Origin: a virus
Taxonomy: Duplodnaviria; Caudoviricetes
Reading direction: 5' to 3' (one strand)
Virus record (IMG/VR): IMGVR_UViG_3300029288_000071
Coordinates: 128,001 to 192,000 of that record
Length of the DNA: 64,000 nucleotides
Shown here: positions 28,182 to 37,988 of the stretch, piece by piece
Layout of the letters: every line of letters starts with the position of its first letter
How positions within the stretch are numbered: the stretch's first letter is position 1
Notes under the pieces: generated by a model
The model's database searches: none
What the model was told of the DNA's origin: nothing
The model's input: the letters and a program-made list of their open reading frames with translations, nothing else
Program-made: the position numbers and the translations under genes

Positions 28182-29030
28182 TTAGTCTTCATCCCAATCA
28201 TCATTAAATTGAACTGTATGTGATAAATCTACAATTCTTGAAAAATCTAATGGATTTCTTTTATAAAGTGCATTACTTTGGCTACCTGTTGATTTTATAA
28301 GAGGAGTTAAATCTGCTAAAATAAATCCATTTTTATTCATTAATTCATTAAATTCTCTAAATAAAATAGTTCCATCATAAAGAGGAATATGATTAACTTC
28401 AGTATAGATATAGTCAAACTGATTTAAAACTTTATCTGCACCTTTAATTACAAAATATTCATATCCTTGAACATCCATATAAAGCAAATTACAGTGCTTT
28501 ACATGATCTTGAACAATTGAGCTGCAAGAATTTATAAAATTATTCAATGACCAAACAGGTACATCATATTCATGAGCAGTGATTAATTTTGGATTATATT
28601 TTGTTGCTATTTTTGAAAAGGGCAACAATGAACTTGAATTCGAATTATTTGGACCACATTCGAAGAACTTCATAAGTCCATCATTTTCTCCAATAGCAAC
28701 ATTATAGATTAAAGTATTTGCTTTAGGGTAATTTTTTATTAATTTTTCTTTAATTGTATTATAAGCTCTAGTTACAGGTTCAAAATAAATCTGATATTTG
28801 AAATTTAATTTATTAAATAAATCAACTTGCTCTCCATAAGCAGCACCAATTTGAATAACTCCTTTTATGTTTTTCAATACTTCAAGATTATCAAACACGC
28901 AATGCTTTAAAGTGCTCTCTTGTGCATCCAATCTTTTTTCTTCAAAATCGCGCAAATCAACTAAATTTTTATTAGGTTCCATGTGATAATATCCTGTAAA
29001 TTGTGAATTGTGAGCAGGTATTGTTTTCAT
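28182..29030 (-). CDS. FkbM-family methyltransferase
   Basis: IQIGAAYGE, FEP, SSSLL, MDVQGYEYFVIKG, YTEV. Confidence 0.9.
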   Translation of the reverse strand: MKTIPAHNSQFTGYYHMEPNKNLVDLRDFEEKRLDAQESTLKHCVFDNLEVLKNIKGVIQIGAAYGEQVDLFNKLNFKYQIYFEPVTRAYNTIKEKLIKNYPKANTLIYNVAIGENDGLMKFFECGPNNSNSSSLLPFSKIATKYNPKLITAHEYDVPVWSLNNFINSCSSIVQDHVKHCNLLYMDVQGYEYFVIKGADKVLNQFDYIYTEVNHIPLYDGTILFREFNELMNKNGFILADLTPLIKSTGSQSNALYKRNPLDFSRIVDLSHTVQFNDDWDED

Positions 29031-30061
29031 TAATCAGCATCTTCAAATTCATTTGTGATTGGTTCTTCAAGTTCTGGAATAGCTAAAAATGCATCAATTC
29101 TTTTTATTATTTCTTCAACTGATAATCCATTAGCATCTAACAATTGATTTCTATTTCCATTTTCAAAAATATATCTTTCTGGAAGAGCTATTCTTAAAAT
29201 TTTCTTTTTAATTCCTAAATCTGCTAATGTTTCACAAATAATTGATCCTAAACCACCATCAAGTTGATGTTCTTCAAGAGTAATTATATAATCATAATGA
29301 TCAATTGCTCTTTGTAATAATTCTTTATTAATTGGTTTTAATTTCCAAATATCAAATACAGAAATTTGATAGGTTAATTCTATTAATTGTTGCCAAACTT
29401 TCAATGCTCTGCCTAACATGAATCCTGTTGTTAAAATACAAATTTTATCTGTAGAGTTTTGAGAAGTTTTAGAATTTCTTAAACCACCTCTGACACATAT
29501 CATTCCTGCATCAATGATAGGAGGAACAGGTTGCGTAATTTTATTTTCAATTGGTTCTTTTTCAATAATTGGATCTAAATTTCTTTCTAATCTAACATAT
29601 CTTAATTTTGGTATTTCTAAAGTTAAATTAACTAATTGCTCTATTTGTCTTGTATTAGATAGATTATAAATTTCAATATTATTAATTGATCTCATGTAAG
29701 CAATATCTTCAGTAGGTTCATGAGCGGGTCCAGCTGGAGCATAAGCTAAACCAACACCATTTGCTAAAATAGTAATTGGATTATTTGCTAAAGCACAAGA
29801 ATATCTAATTTGCTCAAAACATCTAGCTGCCCATATAGCCATAAAATATACATAGATTTTTTTACCTGAATGAGATAATCCTGCAGCTACATTTATTGCA
29901 TTTTGTTCACAAATTCCAGCAGAAATAAATTGATCAGGAAGTTCTGATCTCCATTTATCTAGAGATTCTGCTCCCATATCAACAGTAATAAGCATAATAT
30001 CTTTGTCTAATTTTGCTTTTTCAAATAATATGTCTAAAAATTCATTTCGTTGGGTTTTCAT
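29030..30061 (-). CDS. Transketolase-like C-terminal (pyrimidine-binding) subunit
   Basis: GICEQNAINVAAGL, RCFEQIR, GPAHE..ED, YVRL, LEEH...GGLGS. Confidence 0.92.
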   Translation of the reverse strand: MKTQRNEFLDILFEKAKLDKDIMLITVDMGAESLDKWRSELPDQFISAGICEQNAINVAAGLSHSGKKIYVYFMAIWAARCFEQIRYSCALANNPITILANGVGLAYAPAGPAHEPTEDIAYMRSINNIEIYNLSNTRQIEQLVNLTLEIPKLRYVRLERNLDPIIEKEPIENKITQPVPPIIDAGMICVRGGLRNSKTSQNSTDKICILTTGFMLGRALKVWQQLIELTYQISVFDIWKLKPINKELLQRAIDHYDYIITLEEHQLDGGLGSIICETLADLGIKKKILRIALPERYIFENGNRNQLLDANGLSVEEIIKRIDAFLAIPELEEPITNEFEDAD

Positions 30062-30300
30062 TTTTGACTTCTCTCTATATACTGTTGTTTAAATTCAGTA
30101 AGATTGAAATTGCCTATTCTTTGAGGAAGTTGTTCTAACTCTTCTGATGTTAATTGTTTAGCATATTCTTCAATGATATGTCGAATAACAAAGGGCCATA
30201 AATCTATAAAAGCTTCCCAAGTATTTTTAGTTCTATCTATACAATCAAGTAGATTTGCTATATCTTCTTCATCAATAGTAATTTGTTTTTTAATTTTCAT
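30058..30300 (-). CDS. Hypothetical protein
   Basis: ATGA overlaps. Confidence 0.7.
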   Translation of the reverse strand: MKIKKQITIDEEDIANLLDCIDRTKNTWEAFIDLWPFVIRHIIEEYAKQLTSEELEQLPQRIGNFNLTEFKQQYIERSQK

Positions 30301-30491
30301 AATTTAGCAAACTCAACATTTATTTTGAAATCTTCTGTAATTATTTTTTGTAAACCTTCAAGTTTACTTTTGTAGAATTCTAATCTCAATTTTTTTATAG
30401 TTTCTTCTTCTCTATTTCTTTTTATAGATTTGTATTCATCAAAAACACAATTATAAGCAAATAGAATATCTAATTTTTTTCGTTTTGTCAT
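30297..30491 (-). CDS. Hypothetical protein
   Basis: ATGA overlaps. Confidence 0.65.
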   Translation of the reverse strand: MTKRKKLDILFAYNCVFDEYKSIKRNREEETIKKLRLEFYKSKLEGLQKIITEDFKINVEFAKL

Positions 30492-31285
30492 GATAACTCC
30501 TGCAATGCTTGTTCAATTAACTTAGGATCTTTTGGAATAGTATTATGATATTCAAATCGACCTTCCATATAACTGACACCTTTTCCCTTAATGGTATCTG
30601 CAATAATTACAAAAGGTTTTACAACGCATGGTTCTTCTAATCTATCTTTAATTATAGAGAATGAAGCTCTTAATTGATCAAAATCATGACCATTAATTCT
30701 ATTTGCTGCAAAACCAAACGCATGAAATTTATCTTGAATAGATTCTAATTTAAGTAGTTTTTCAGTTTCACCAATTGTGCTCATTTTATTTCTATCTACG
30801 ATTATTATGATATTTTTCAATTTATAATGAGCAATAAACATTAAACTTTCCCAATTTGAACCTTCATACAGTTCACCATCTCCAAGAATAATATAATGAT
30901 TTATTTTTCTATTAGCAAGTGCTAAACCAGCTACATAACCGATAGCATTACCTAATGAACCTCCAATAAAATTACATCCAGGAATTGTTTGATCTGAATG
31001 TAATCGTAAAATTCCTTCTGGAGTACAATACCTATCAAGCTCTGCATGTGGAAAATATCCTAAATCTGCTAAAATAGGATAAACAGAAGGAGATCCATGC
31101 GCTTTTCCAAAATATAATTTGTCTTTAGTATGATCAAAATCAGTTACAGGATCTTTGTATAAAGAAACTAGAATATCAACTGGAGATAGACTTGTTGATA
31201 AATGTCCATATCCACTTTTTGTTTTGAATTCAACTATTCTTTTTCTAACTGATTTTGCATATTGTTTTAACTGTTGATTTGTCAT
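30488..31285 (-). CDS. Transketolase-like N-terminal (ThDP-binding) subunit
   Basis: GHLSTSLS, GSLG, GDGELYEGSNWE...DRN, TIKGKGVSYME. Confidence 0.92.
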   Translation of the reverse strand: MTNQQLKQYAKSVRKRIVEFKTKSGYGHLSTSLSPVDILVSLYKDPVTDFDHTKDKLYFGKAHGSPSVYPILADLGYFPHAELDRYCTPEGILRLHSDQTIPGCNFIGGSLGNAIGYVAGLALANRKINHYIILGDGELYEGSNWESLMFIAHYKLKNIIIIVDRNKMSTIGETEKLLKLESIQDKFHAFGFAANRINGHDFDQLRASFSIIKDRLEEPCVVKPFVIIADTIKGKGVSYMEGRFEYHNTIPKDPKLIEQALQELS

Positions 31286-31293
31286 AATATTCT

Positions 31294-32229
31294 CTATAGA
31301 TTTGTGTAAATACTTGGATTCAATATTTCAAATGACTTTAACAATTCTTGAATCCCATGGTCAACTGAAATAAAAGCTTTAAATCCTCTTTTTTCTATTT
31401 TTGAATTTTGAACTATATAATTTCTTTGATCTGGATCTTTTGCATCTTCAAATTGAACTATTTTAAAGTTAGGAACAAAAGATTTTATTTTCTGACATAA
31501 TTCTAATTTTGATAAGTTAGCATCTGATAGTCCAAAATTGTAAACTTCATTTTTCATTTTGTCCCAATTTAGGATTGTCCAATCAAAAACTGCAGCAACA
31601 TCTCTTACATGAACATAATTTCTTTTAAAGTGTCCCTCAAATAAAGAGATAAAACCATCATTCCAAGCTCGATAAGTAAAATCATTGACTAAAAGATCTA
31701 ATCTCATTTTAGGACTACAACCAAAAACTGTAGCTAATCTAAATACTACTGAATTATCAACATTTCTAACCATTTTTTCTGCTTCACATTTTGTTTGACC
31801 ATAAACAGAAATAGGATTTAAAGCATCTTCTTCAGTGAATACTACACCTTCTCCTTGGCCATATCCTGAATTTGTGTTAGGATAAAGAAGTAATTGATTT
31901 TTTGATTTCACTTTACAGATGTTTTCAATTTGATCTTGATTTATTTGTTTAGCAACTAAAGGATTCTTTTTACAAGCAGGCATACCTACAATAGCAGCTA
32001 AAGGAATTATAACATCATTATTTCTTACTTCTTTTGCAAGTGAAGCTTCATCTCTGACATCTGCTCTTACAAATTTAATGTTTGGATGAAAACATAAATT
32101 CAGTAAAGTATTTTGACGATACATAAAATTGTCATATACTGTTACTTTATAATCTTGGGTTACAAATCTTTCAGTTAAAATACTACCAATATATCCTGCA
32201 CCACCTGTGATTAGTACGCTTACTGCCAT
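31294..32229 (-). CDS. NAD-dependent epimerase/dehydratase
   Basis: TGGAGYIGS, LAAIVG, YGQTK, RLATVFG.S..MRLDLLVN. Confidence 0.93.
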   Translation of the reverse strand: MAVSVLITGGAGYIGSILTERFVTQDYKVTVYDNFMYRQNTLLNLCFHPNIKFVRADVRDEASLAKEVRNNDVIIPLAAIVGMPACKKNPLVAKQINQDQIENICKVKSKNQLLLYPNTNSGYGQGEGVVFTEEDALNPISVYGQTKCEAEKMVRNVDNSVVFRLATVFGCSPKMRLDLLVNDFTYRAWNDGFISLFEGHFKRNYVHVRDVAAVFDWTILNWDKMKNEVYNFGLSDANLSKLELCQKIKSFVPNFKIVQFEDAKDPDQRNYIVQNSKIEKRGFKAFISVDHGIQELLKSFEILNPSIYTNL

Positions 32230-32585
32230 TATGTTCCCTTTTTCTTTTTACGTTGTTCTTCAATTTTTCTTTTTCTTTCAGCTTCTTCTTTTTGCAAATC
32301 AAAAGGATCATTGTTTGGTATTTCAATTTTATCAATTCCAGCTAATCTGCTATATTTAGTGATTGTTGAATAAACAATCCCTTTGATATTATAATCTTTT
32401 TTCAACCAAGTCATCCAAGCATACCGACCATCATCTATTCTAACTGGTCGCCATGCAAACCACAATGATGACTTGAAACTCTTTAATTTCTCTATTTTTT
32501 CTCTTTCTTTTTCTTCATTTGTTCGACCGAAAAATATACCTTTTACAGTATGTAAGTTTTCTATAATTTCTCGTTCTTTATTCAT
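32229..32585 (-). CDS. Hypothetical phage protein (WFAWRPV motif)
   Basis: WFAWRPVR...W. Confidence 0.7.
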   Translation of the reverse strand: MNKEREIIENLHTVKGIFFGRTNEEKEREKIEKLKSFKSSLWFAWRPVRIDDGRYAWMTWLKKDYNIKGIVYSTITKYSRLAGIDKIEIPNNDPFDLQKEEAERKRKIEEQRKKKKGT

Positions 32586-33473
32586 TTAAAACTCCAAAAT
32601 TTTATGTTGAATTGGTTTTCTATCTTTATTTCTATTTATTACTCCCCACATTTTTAGATAATGTTGAATCCCAATTTCATATCCTTTTTGTCTTAATGGA
32701 TCTTCTTTACTGATATGCCCTTTGTATGTATTACAAAGCAAAGAGAAGAAAGTAGATTCAAAAGGTTGATGAAAATTTAATCCTAAATTTTGAAATTTTC
32801 CTTTATAGGGATAGAGCATTTCTGATGGAGCACCATTATCTAATTTTCCAGTAAGTCTTGAACCCATATCCATATCTTCAGGAGCAATTGTAATATACTC
32901 TTCATCAAAACCACCAACTTCAACAATATATTTTCTTCTTACTGACATATCAAGCCAACCACCAGAATGCTGCATATTTCCTTTGATAATTTCATCCCAA
33001 GGTTTTTGATAATCTGTTTCATGATATGTATCAGAAATTAAATCATATCTTTTTGGTAAAACTACAGCTTTTTCATCTTTTAAATGTTGGTATATGTGAC
33101 CTTTAAAATAATCAGGTGTAAAAATGTGTCCTACATTACTTGTCATGAATACATCTGCTAATGAAAGATCTAAAGCAATAACATTTTTAGCATGACAACC
33201 AGGTCTTGCTGAAATTCCTTCAGGTACTTTCTTTCTAATTTCTTCTGTTTCACACCGAACATAAGTAAGTATTTCTTTGATCCAATCAGGTTGTTGAGCA
33301 CAAACATCTAATGAATCTTGAATTTTTTCCCAAGGAGTTCCTGAATCACTAATAAAAATTTGACATCTATTTTTGAATTCATGAAAATCAGAATGATTGA
33401 TCAATCGATAAAACCAATTCTTAAGAATTGAAGCATTATCATAATAGAGAAGCATCATATCTAATGTTTTCAT
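32586..33473 (-). CDS. GT-A glycosyltransferase (GT2/GT7-C-like)
   Basis: ISDSGT, VGGFDEEY, EDMDMGSRL. Confidence 0.8.
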   Translation of the reverse strand: MKTLDMMLLYYDNASILKNWFYRLINHSDFHEFKNRCQIFISDSGTPWEKIQDSLDVCAQQPDWIKEILTYVRCETEEIRKKVPEGISARPGCHAKNVIALDLSLADVFMTSNVGHIFTPDYFKGHIYQHLKDEKAVVLPKRYDLISDTYHETDYQKPWDEIIKGNMQHSGGWLDMSVRRKYIVEVGGFDEEYITIAPEDMDMGSRLTGKLDNGAPSEMLYPYKGKFQNLGLNFHQPFESTFFSLLCNTYKGHISKEDPLRQKGYEIGIQHYLKMWGVINRNKDRKPIQHKILEF

Positions 33474-33880
33474 TTATCCTCTTTAGGAATAAATCCTGTT
33501 TTTGCAATGTATTTTTCTTTAATGAGTGTTAACAATTCAGGTTCTCTGAAACTAAAATAATCAGGTAAATCTAGTACTACAATAGGTTTGTTTGTTAACT
33601 TTTTTATTGTATTTAATTGACTACTTTCCATAATTACAATTTCATCAGCCCATTCAATTAAGATTTCATCAAGAAGAACAAGAGCATATATTGGATTCAT
33701 TCCACAAGCTCTTGTATTGAAGTTAAATGGGGGATTAGAAAGAACAAATGCAGTTGATGGTGATCTTAATAGTCCTGCTGAACAAACACAAAGTACTTTT
33801 TTAAAATTTCCTTGATTAGGATTTTTTGTATTTGATAATCTTGTTGCAGTATATTTTACTAATTCTCGTTCTTGTATCAT
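33470..33880 (-). CDS. Low-molecular-weight protein-tyrosine-phosphatase-like protein
   Basis: VLCVCSAGLLRSP (CX5R), WADEI, LDLPD. Confidence 0.85.
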   Translation of the reverse strand: MIQERELVKYTATRLSNTKNPNQGNFKKVLCVCSAGLLRSPSTAFVLSNPPFNFNTRACGMNPIYALVLLDEILIEWADEIVIMESSQLNTIKKLTNKPIVVLDLPDYFSFREPELLTLIKEKYIAKTGFIPKEDK

Positions 33881-34899
33881 ACAAAATCTTTCATTTTTAA
33901 AAGTGATAGTTTAATTCCTTGATCTAAAGTTAAATAAGTATAATTCCAAGTAGGATCAGAATTTACAGCTTTTACTGTTTTATTAATTTTATTATTATTT
34001 CCTACTCTTCTATAAACTCCTACAGGTTTATCAATTAGTCTATTAATTGAAGGATTGTAATTTTCATCCACTAATTTCAATTCTTTAGCAATAGAAATAG
34101 TTTTTCTAATTAATTCTTCGAAAGGAGTTTCAATTCCAGTTGATAAGTTAAAAGTTCCAGTAATGTGATTATTACAAAGAATCATAGAGATGTCAACACA
34201 ATCATCTATATGAATGAAATCTCTTGATTGTTTACCATCACCCCATACTTCAATAGGATCTTCCATTTTTAAGACTCGTTTCATAATACTTGGAAATGGA
34301 TATGTTAGATCTTGATCTTCACCATAACCTGAAAATGGGCGATAAATCACTATTTTATGATCTTGAATAAATGTATTAAGGTACTCTCCAGTTAACTTAC
34401 TCCATCCATAAGTAAAATCAGGATTTGCAATATTTTTTAAATCAATATCAGATTCATCTAATATCTTAAATCCATCTTTAGTTTGTAACTTAGTGGGATA
34501 TGCTGCACTAGATGAATAATACATTGAATATTTATTATAAGATTTTTTTGTATAATTGAAAAAATCTGAATCAATAGCTAAGTCAGTAGCAACTGCTATA
34601 GGATTTGTTTCTAAATTTAATCTACCACCAACAACTGCAGCAAGATGAACTACAAGGTCAAAATTGTTAAATTTGTTAGTTCTATATGCTGTTTTAAAAA
34701 ATTCTCTAACATCTTCATAAAAGAAAGTAGTGTTTTTAAAATTTGTCCTAGTTTGTATAAAATCAGGCCAATCTGCTGAATGTAAACCAGTTGATAAATC
34801 ATCAACATAAGTAACATCATATCCTAAAGAAGATAAATGAGAAACATATCGTCTTCCTACAAATCCGCAACCACCTGTAACTAATGCTGTTTTAATCAT
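33877..34899 (-). CDS. NAD-dependent epimerase/dehydratase
   Basis: TGGCGFVG, HLAAVVGG, SSSAAY, YGWSK, WGDGKQSRDFIHIDD. Confidence 0.93.
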   Translation of the reverse strand: MIKTALVTGGCGFVGRRYVSHLSSLGYDVTYVDDLSTGLHSADWPDFIQTRTNFKNTTFFYEDVREFFKTAYRTNKFNNFDLVVHLAAVVGGRLNLETNPIAVATDLAIDSDFFNYTKKSYNKYSMYYSSSAAYPTKLQTKDGFKILDESDIDLKNIANPDFTYGWSKLTGEYLNTFIQDHKIVIYRPFSGYGEDQDLTYPFPSIMKRVLKMEDPIEVWGDGKQSRDFIHIDDCVDISMILCNNHITGTFNLSTGIETPFEELIRKTISIAKELKLVDENYNPSINRLIDKPVGVYRRVGNNNKINKTVKAVNSDPTWNYTYLTLDQGIKLSLLKMKDFV

Positions 34900-34901
34900 A
34901 T

Positions 34902-35090
34902 CTAGTATCTTCTATCTGGCAATTCTACTTTACCATGAAAATCTACTACTTTAGATAAATTCATGTTATGCTTTTTTGAAAATTCTTTTCTAGCTTCAAG
35001 TGAACTTGATGCTTGAATCAATTCAGATTCAACTTCTGTATTATTACTTTTTAAATATCCTACTACATAAAAATTCATAAAATTCTCCAA
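34902..35090 (-). CDS. Hypothetical protein
   Basis: Short ORF filling an operon gap. Confidence 0.6.
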   Translation of the reverse strand: MENFMNFYVVGYLKSNNTEVESELIQASSSLEARKEFSKKHNMNLSKVVDFHGKVELPDRRY

Positions 35091-35094
35091 ATTA

Positions 35095-35571
35095 CTAAAT
35101 TACTAGTACAATAAATAGTGTTAAAGCCATTGCTTTTAACATTCCAGAAATTGAAACTCTTGGACCACCTAAAAAAGTTAAAAGATTATATTTCAGGAAC
35201 TTCCAAAATCCACCATAATTACCTAACCAGGGCCATTCATAAGGAAATATCCAGGGCCCAATTTCAAAACCAGGTTCCCATTTCCAAGCTTCTTTAGCTT
35301 TAGCAAATAAAGGTACCCATATAGCATATATAAAATCTTCCCAACCACCAACATGTAAAATTAATTGAAGCCAAAATATTTCTGGAAACCAGATTGCTGC
35401 TGTTCCATACCATAGAACAAACATAATAACTGTTCGTATTCGATACCAGTTATCCCAAAATTTAGCATCTGCTCCAGGAGCTCTCCATTTTGGTTTAAAA
35501 TATAATTCTGTAGTAATACAGTCTACTAAACTGATTACTAACATTGATATTAAAAGTTTTAAAAATATCAT
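35095..35571 (-). CDS. Trp-rich membrane protein
   Basis: Several hydrophobic segments. Confidence 0.75.
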   Translation of the reverse strand: MIFLKLLISMLVISLVDCITTELYFKPKWRAPGADAKFWDNWYRIRTVIMFVLWYGTAAIWFPEIFWLQLILHVGGWEDFIYAIWVPLFAKAKEAWKWEPGFEIGPWIFPYEWPWLGNYGGFWKFLKYNLLTFLGGPRVSISGMLKAMALTLFIVLVI

Positions 35572-36311
35572 TTAAAATATTCCTTTGCTTTTTCGTTATA
35601 GTAATCTATAACTTCTTTATTTATTTGATAATATCTATCATACCATTGTTTATGAGCATGTCTACCGCCTTCATTTACAATTCGGTAAACTAATGATTCA
35701 TACAAAAGATTTCTTTTTTCTGAATCAGAACCTATTTCTGCTTTTTCTAAAATAGGAAAACCATCTGGAGATTTTTTAATATCTTGACTAGTTTTATCTA
35801 AAGCATTTTTATGTATAATTTTAATTGCTGTAGTTGGTATAATTTTAGGCTGTCTATTAAAATTCATGATTTCATGAACTAAACCATACCATTGGAATAA
35901 ATTATTTGCTTTATAGAATAAGTTCTTAGTTTCCCAAACATCTCCTCGTTGCATATACATTTGAATACTCATCATATCAGGATCAGTAGCCATATCCTTT
36001 TCTAACTGTTCTTTATTTATTTCTATTTGATCTACATCAACCGCAATAAATATCCAATTTTCTGGTGGAACTTTAGTATGTAAGAAATTATAAACAGTAT
36101 CAAATCCACTCTTGTAAATAAAGTTTTCTTTTCCATAGAATATTTTAACTTTACTGTTTTCAGCTTCAATAGCTTTATATTGTTCTTGAGTTTGGAGGTT
36201 ATTAGTAAAAGCAAGATATCTGTCGACGAGTCCGCCGATTTGCTTTTCTATTGATTCTACCATATTTTTATAACCTTCAGGTCGTCTTGTAACAGTTATA
36301 ATACTAATCAT
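35568..36311 (-). CDS. Degenerate GT2-like glycosyltransferase
   Basis: ISIITVTR, WIFIAVDVDQ (DxD), WYGLVHE, IIH; start reset to ATG 36311 with AAGGA upstream. Confidence 0.7.
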   Translation of the reverse strand: MISIITVTRRPEGYKNMVESIEKQIGGLVDRYLAFTNNLQTQEQYKAIEAENSKVKIFYGKENFIYKSGFDTVYNFLHTKVPPENWIFIAVDVDQIEINKEQLEKDMATDPDMMSIQMYMQRGDVWETKNLFYKANNLFQWYGLVHEIMNFNRQPKIIPTTAIKIIHKNALDKTSQDIKKSPDGFPILEKAEIGSDSEKRNLLYESLVYRIVNEGGRHAHKQWYDRYYQINKEVIDYYNEKAKEYFK

Positions 36312-36329
36312 GATTGAGTGTTCCTTTTC

Positions 36330-36556
36330 GACAGCATGACAGAGAAGCATGCTTTCTGTAAACTGTATTACTATTTAAATTTAAAAAGTTATCTGAAAAC
36401 AGACACGTCCACTAGACAAACAAAAGCTACGCGAGACAGGAGATGATGGTTCACGACGCCACCAACGGAGACATTCATAATCTCCACTTTACAGTGTGAG
36501 CGGATCTCGTTTTACTTTCCATTCAAGAAACAACAAATAGTCTGCATTTATGTTGA
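36330..36556 (-). ncRNA. Candidate structured RNA / cis-regulatory leader
   Basis: Core 36431-36510 has 41 G+C in 80 nt; closing stem CGAGAT/GTCTCG, CACT-GTAA-AGTG, GGAGA/TCTCC, TGGTGG/CCATCA. Confidence 0.5.
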
Positions 36557-36901
36557 CTATTCAACTTCTGAAACTATAATTTTTAAATTATCTTCTAACC
36601 ATTTTGCTACAATTATTCTATGACAAAAATCTCCAGATTTTTCATAGCATAATAAAACTTTATTATCTAAATCTTCAGCAACTTTTTTAGGATCTAACTT
36701 TGATAGAATAGAATTTTTATATTCACATATATAACAAATCTGATCAAGTCTTGTTTTATTACTAGCTTTGTAAGTAAAAAGAATTTCTGGAGTTGGAACT
36801 AAATTTTTATATACTTCACCTTTGAACCATTTGGGAGTATATAAAGCAATTGAGATACCATTATCTCCTTTATATTTTGCAAAGTAACTAGTTTGTATCA
36901 T
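36557..36901 (-). CDS. DUF488-like protein
   Basis: TSYFA, ISIA..P.W, LLCYEK..DFCHR. Confidence 0.85.
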   Translation of the reverse strand: MIQTSYFAKYKGDNGISIALYTPKWFKGEVYKNLVPTPEILFTYKASNKTRLDQICYICEYKNSILSKLDPKKVAEDLDNKVLLCYEKSGDFCHRIIVAKWLEDNLKIIVSEVE

Positions 36902-37107
36902 TTCTTCTTCTTAAAGATTTCAAGACGTACATCAAAATCTTTTAATGTAGCTTCTTTTAATAAATTTCTTTCTTCAAGAGTTAAACTTTCAATTAACTTA
37001 CCAGGCTTATTATTCTTATTCCCAGGATAAGGAATCCAGCGACCATAAAATCCAGAAGCAGCCATCATTATTATTTTATCGATTAATATATCTAATTTAT
37101 AACTCAT
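36898..37107 (-). CDS. Hypothetical protein
   Basis: ORF in operon. Confidence 0.65.
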   Translation of the reverse strand: MSYKLDILIDKIIMMAASGFYGRWIPYPGNKNNKPGKLIESLTLEERNLLKEATLKDFDVRLEIFKKKK

Positions 37108-37870
37108 CTCTAAATTTTTTATAGCTTAATCTATGTGATTCTTCTTGTGTGATGAATTCAATTCTGCACCAAGGATAGATAAAGACATAATGGCCAGCAT
37201 CTGTTTTATTAATAAAATTATCAAGATAATTGTTATTGTAAACATTATCATAAACAATTGTTTTGATACCACACATAGCAGACCAAGTTTTAGCAAATGA
37301 ATCACATCCAATTACTAAATCTGAACCTTTAATAAATTCTAAAGTTTCTTTAATTGAACTAAATTCTTTACTATCTAAAATTAACCAATCATGATACTTA
37401 TCGTAGATAAGTTCTAATTCTTTATCAGATATTTTTCTAATTTTACTTGAACCTTCTACTTTAGAACCTTCAGCTTGAATAAACAATTGCTTATGAGACT
37501 TATCAGCAATTTTTTCAGCTTTAATTAATTTAGTAAATTCTGGGAATTCTTTTACTTTATAGTCTTTAAAGATATTAACTTTACTCCATTGAGGATAATG
37601 TAAATTTTGTGGCAGTATTCCCGTGCCTACACAACTCTTATTTGTAAAAAGTTCATGAAGTAACTGCCAGTCGTTCTGAACGATAAGTACTTTTCCAAGT
37701 TTAGGGAAAAGCTTGTAAAGTTCTTTAATCTTATCAAGATCATTAGCTAGGAAAATGACATTTGCTTTTTGATCTTCTGGAATATCATCATAGAAAGTGC
37801 TAAGCAGTAATAGAAAATCTCCTATTCCACCATTTCCTAAATAAAATTTTCCTATAATGTCTACATTCAT
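37097..37870 (-). CDS. GT9 (heptosyltransferase)-like glycosyltransferase
   Basis: GGIGDFL, SDLVIGCDS...SAMCGIKTIV. Confidence 0.75.
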   Translation of the reverse strand: MNVDIIGKFYLGNGGIGDFLLLLSTFYDDIPEDQKANVIFLANDLDKIKELYKLFPKLGKVLIVQNDWQLLHELFTNKSCVGTGILPQNLHYPQWSKVNIFKDYKVKEFPEFTKLIKAEKIADKSHKQLFIQAEGSKVEGSSKIRKISDKELELIYDKYHDWLILDSKEFSSIKETLEFIKGSDLVIGCDSFAKTWSAMCGIKTIVYDNVYNNNYLDNFINKTDAGHYVFIYPWCRIEFITQEESHRLSYKKFRDEL

Positions 37871-37919
37871 AGTGGTTCATCCAATGGATGTACAAAACCT
37901 GGTATTTATTAAATCGTTG

Positions 37920-37988
37920 TTATTCATCTTGAACTTTTCTTTTAAATAAGTCCCAATTACCGAATTCTTTAGTTAGTTCTGCTGCTAA
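37920..37988 (-). pseudogene. Orphan 3' end of a homolog of the upstream gene
   Basis: Reads LAAELTKEFGNWDLFKRKVQDE* in frame right after the stop of ...LAAELPKEFGNWDIFKKLLE*. Confidence 0.85.

Noticed and set aside
37878-37890. CATCCA-A-TGGATG palindrome before the GT9-like gene
   Set aside because: Short single occurrence with a 1-nt loop; no support for function
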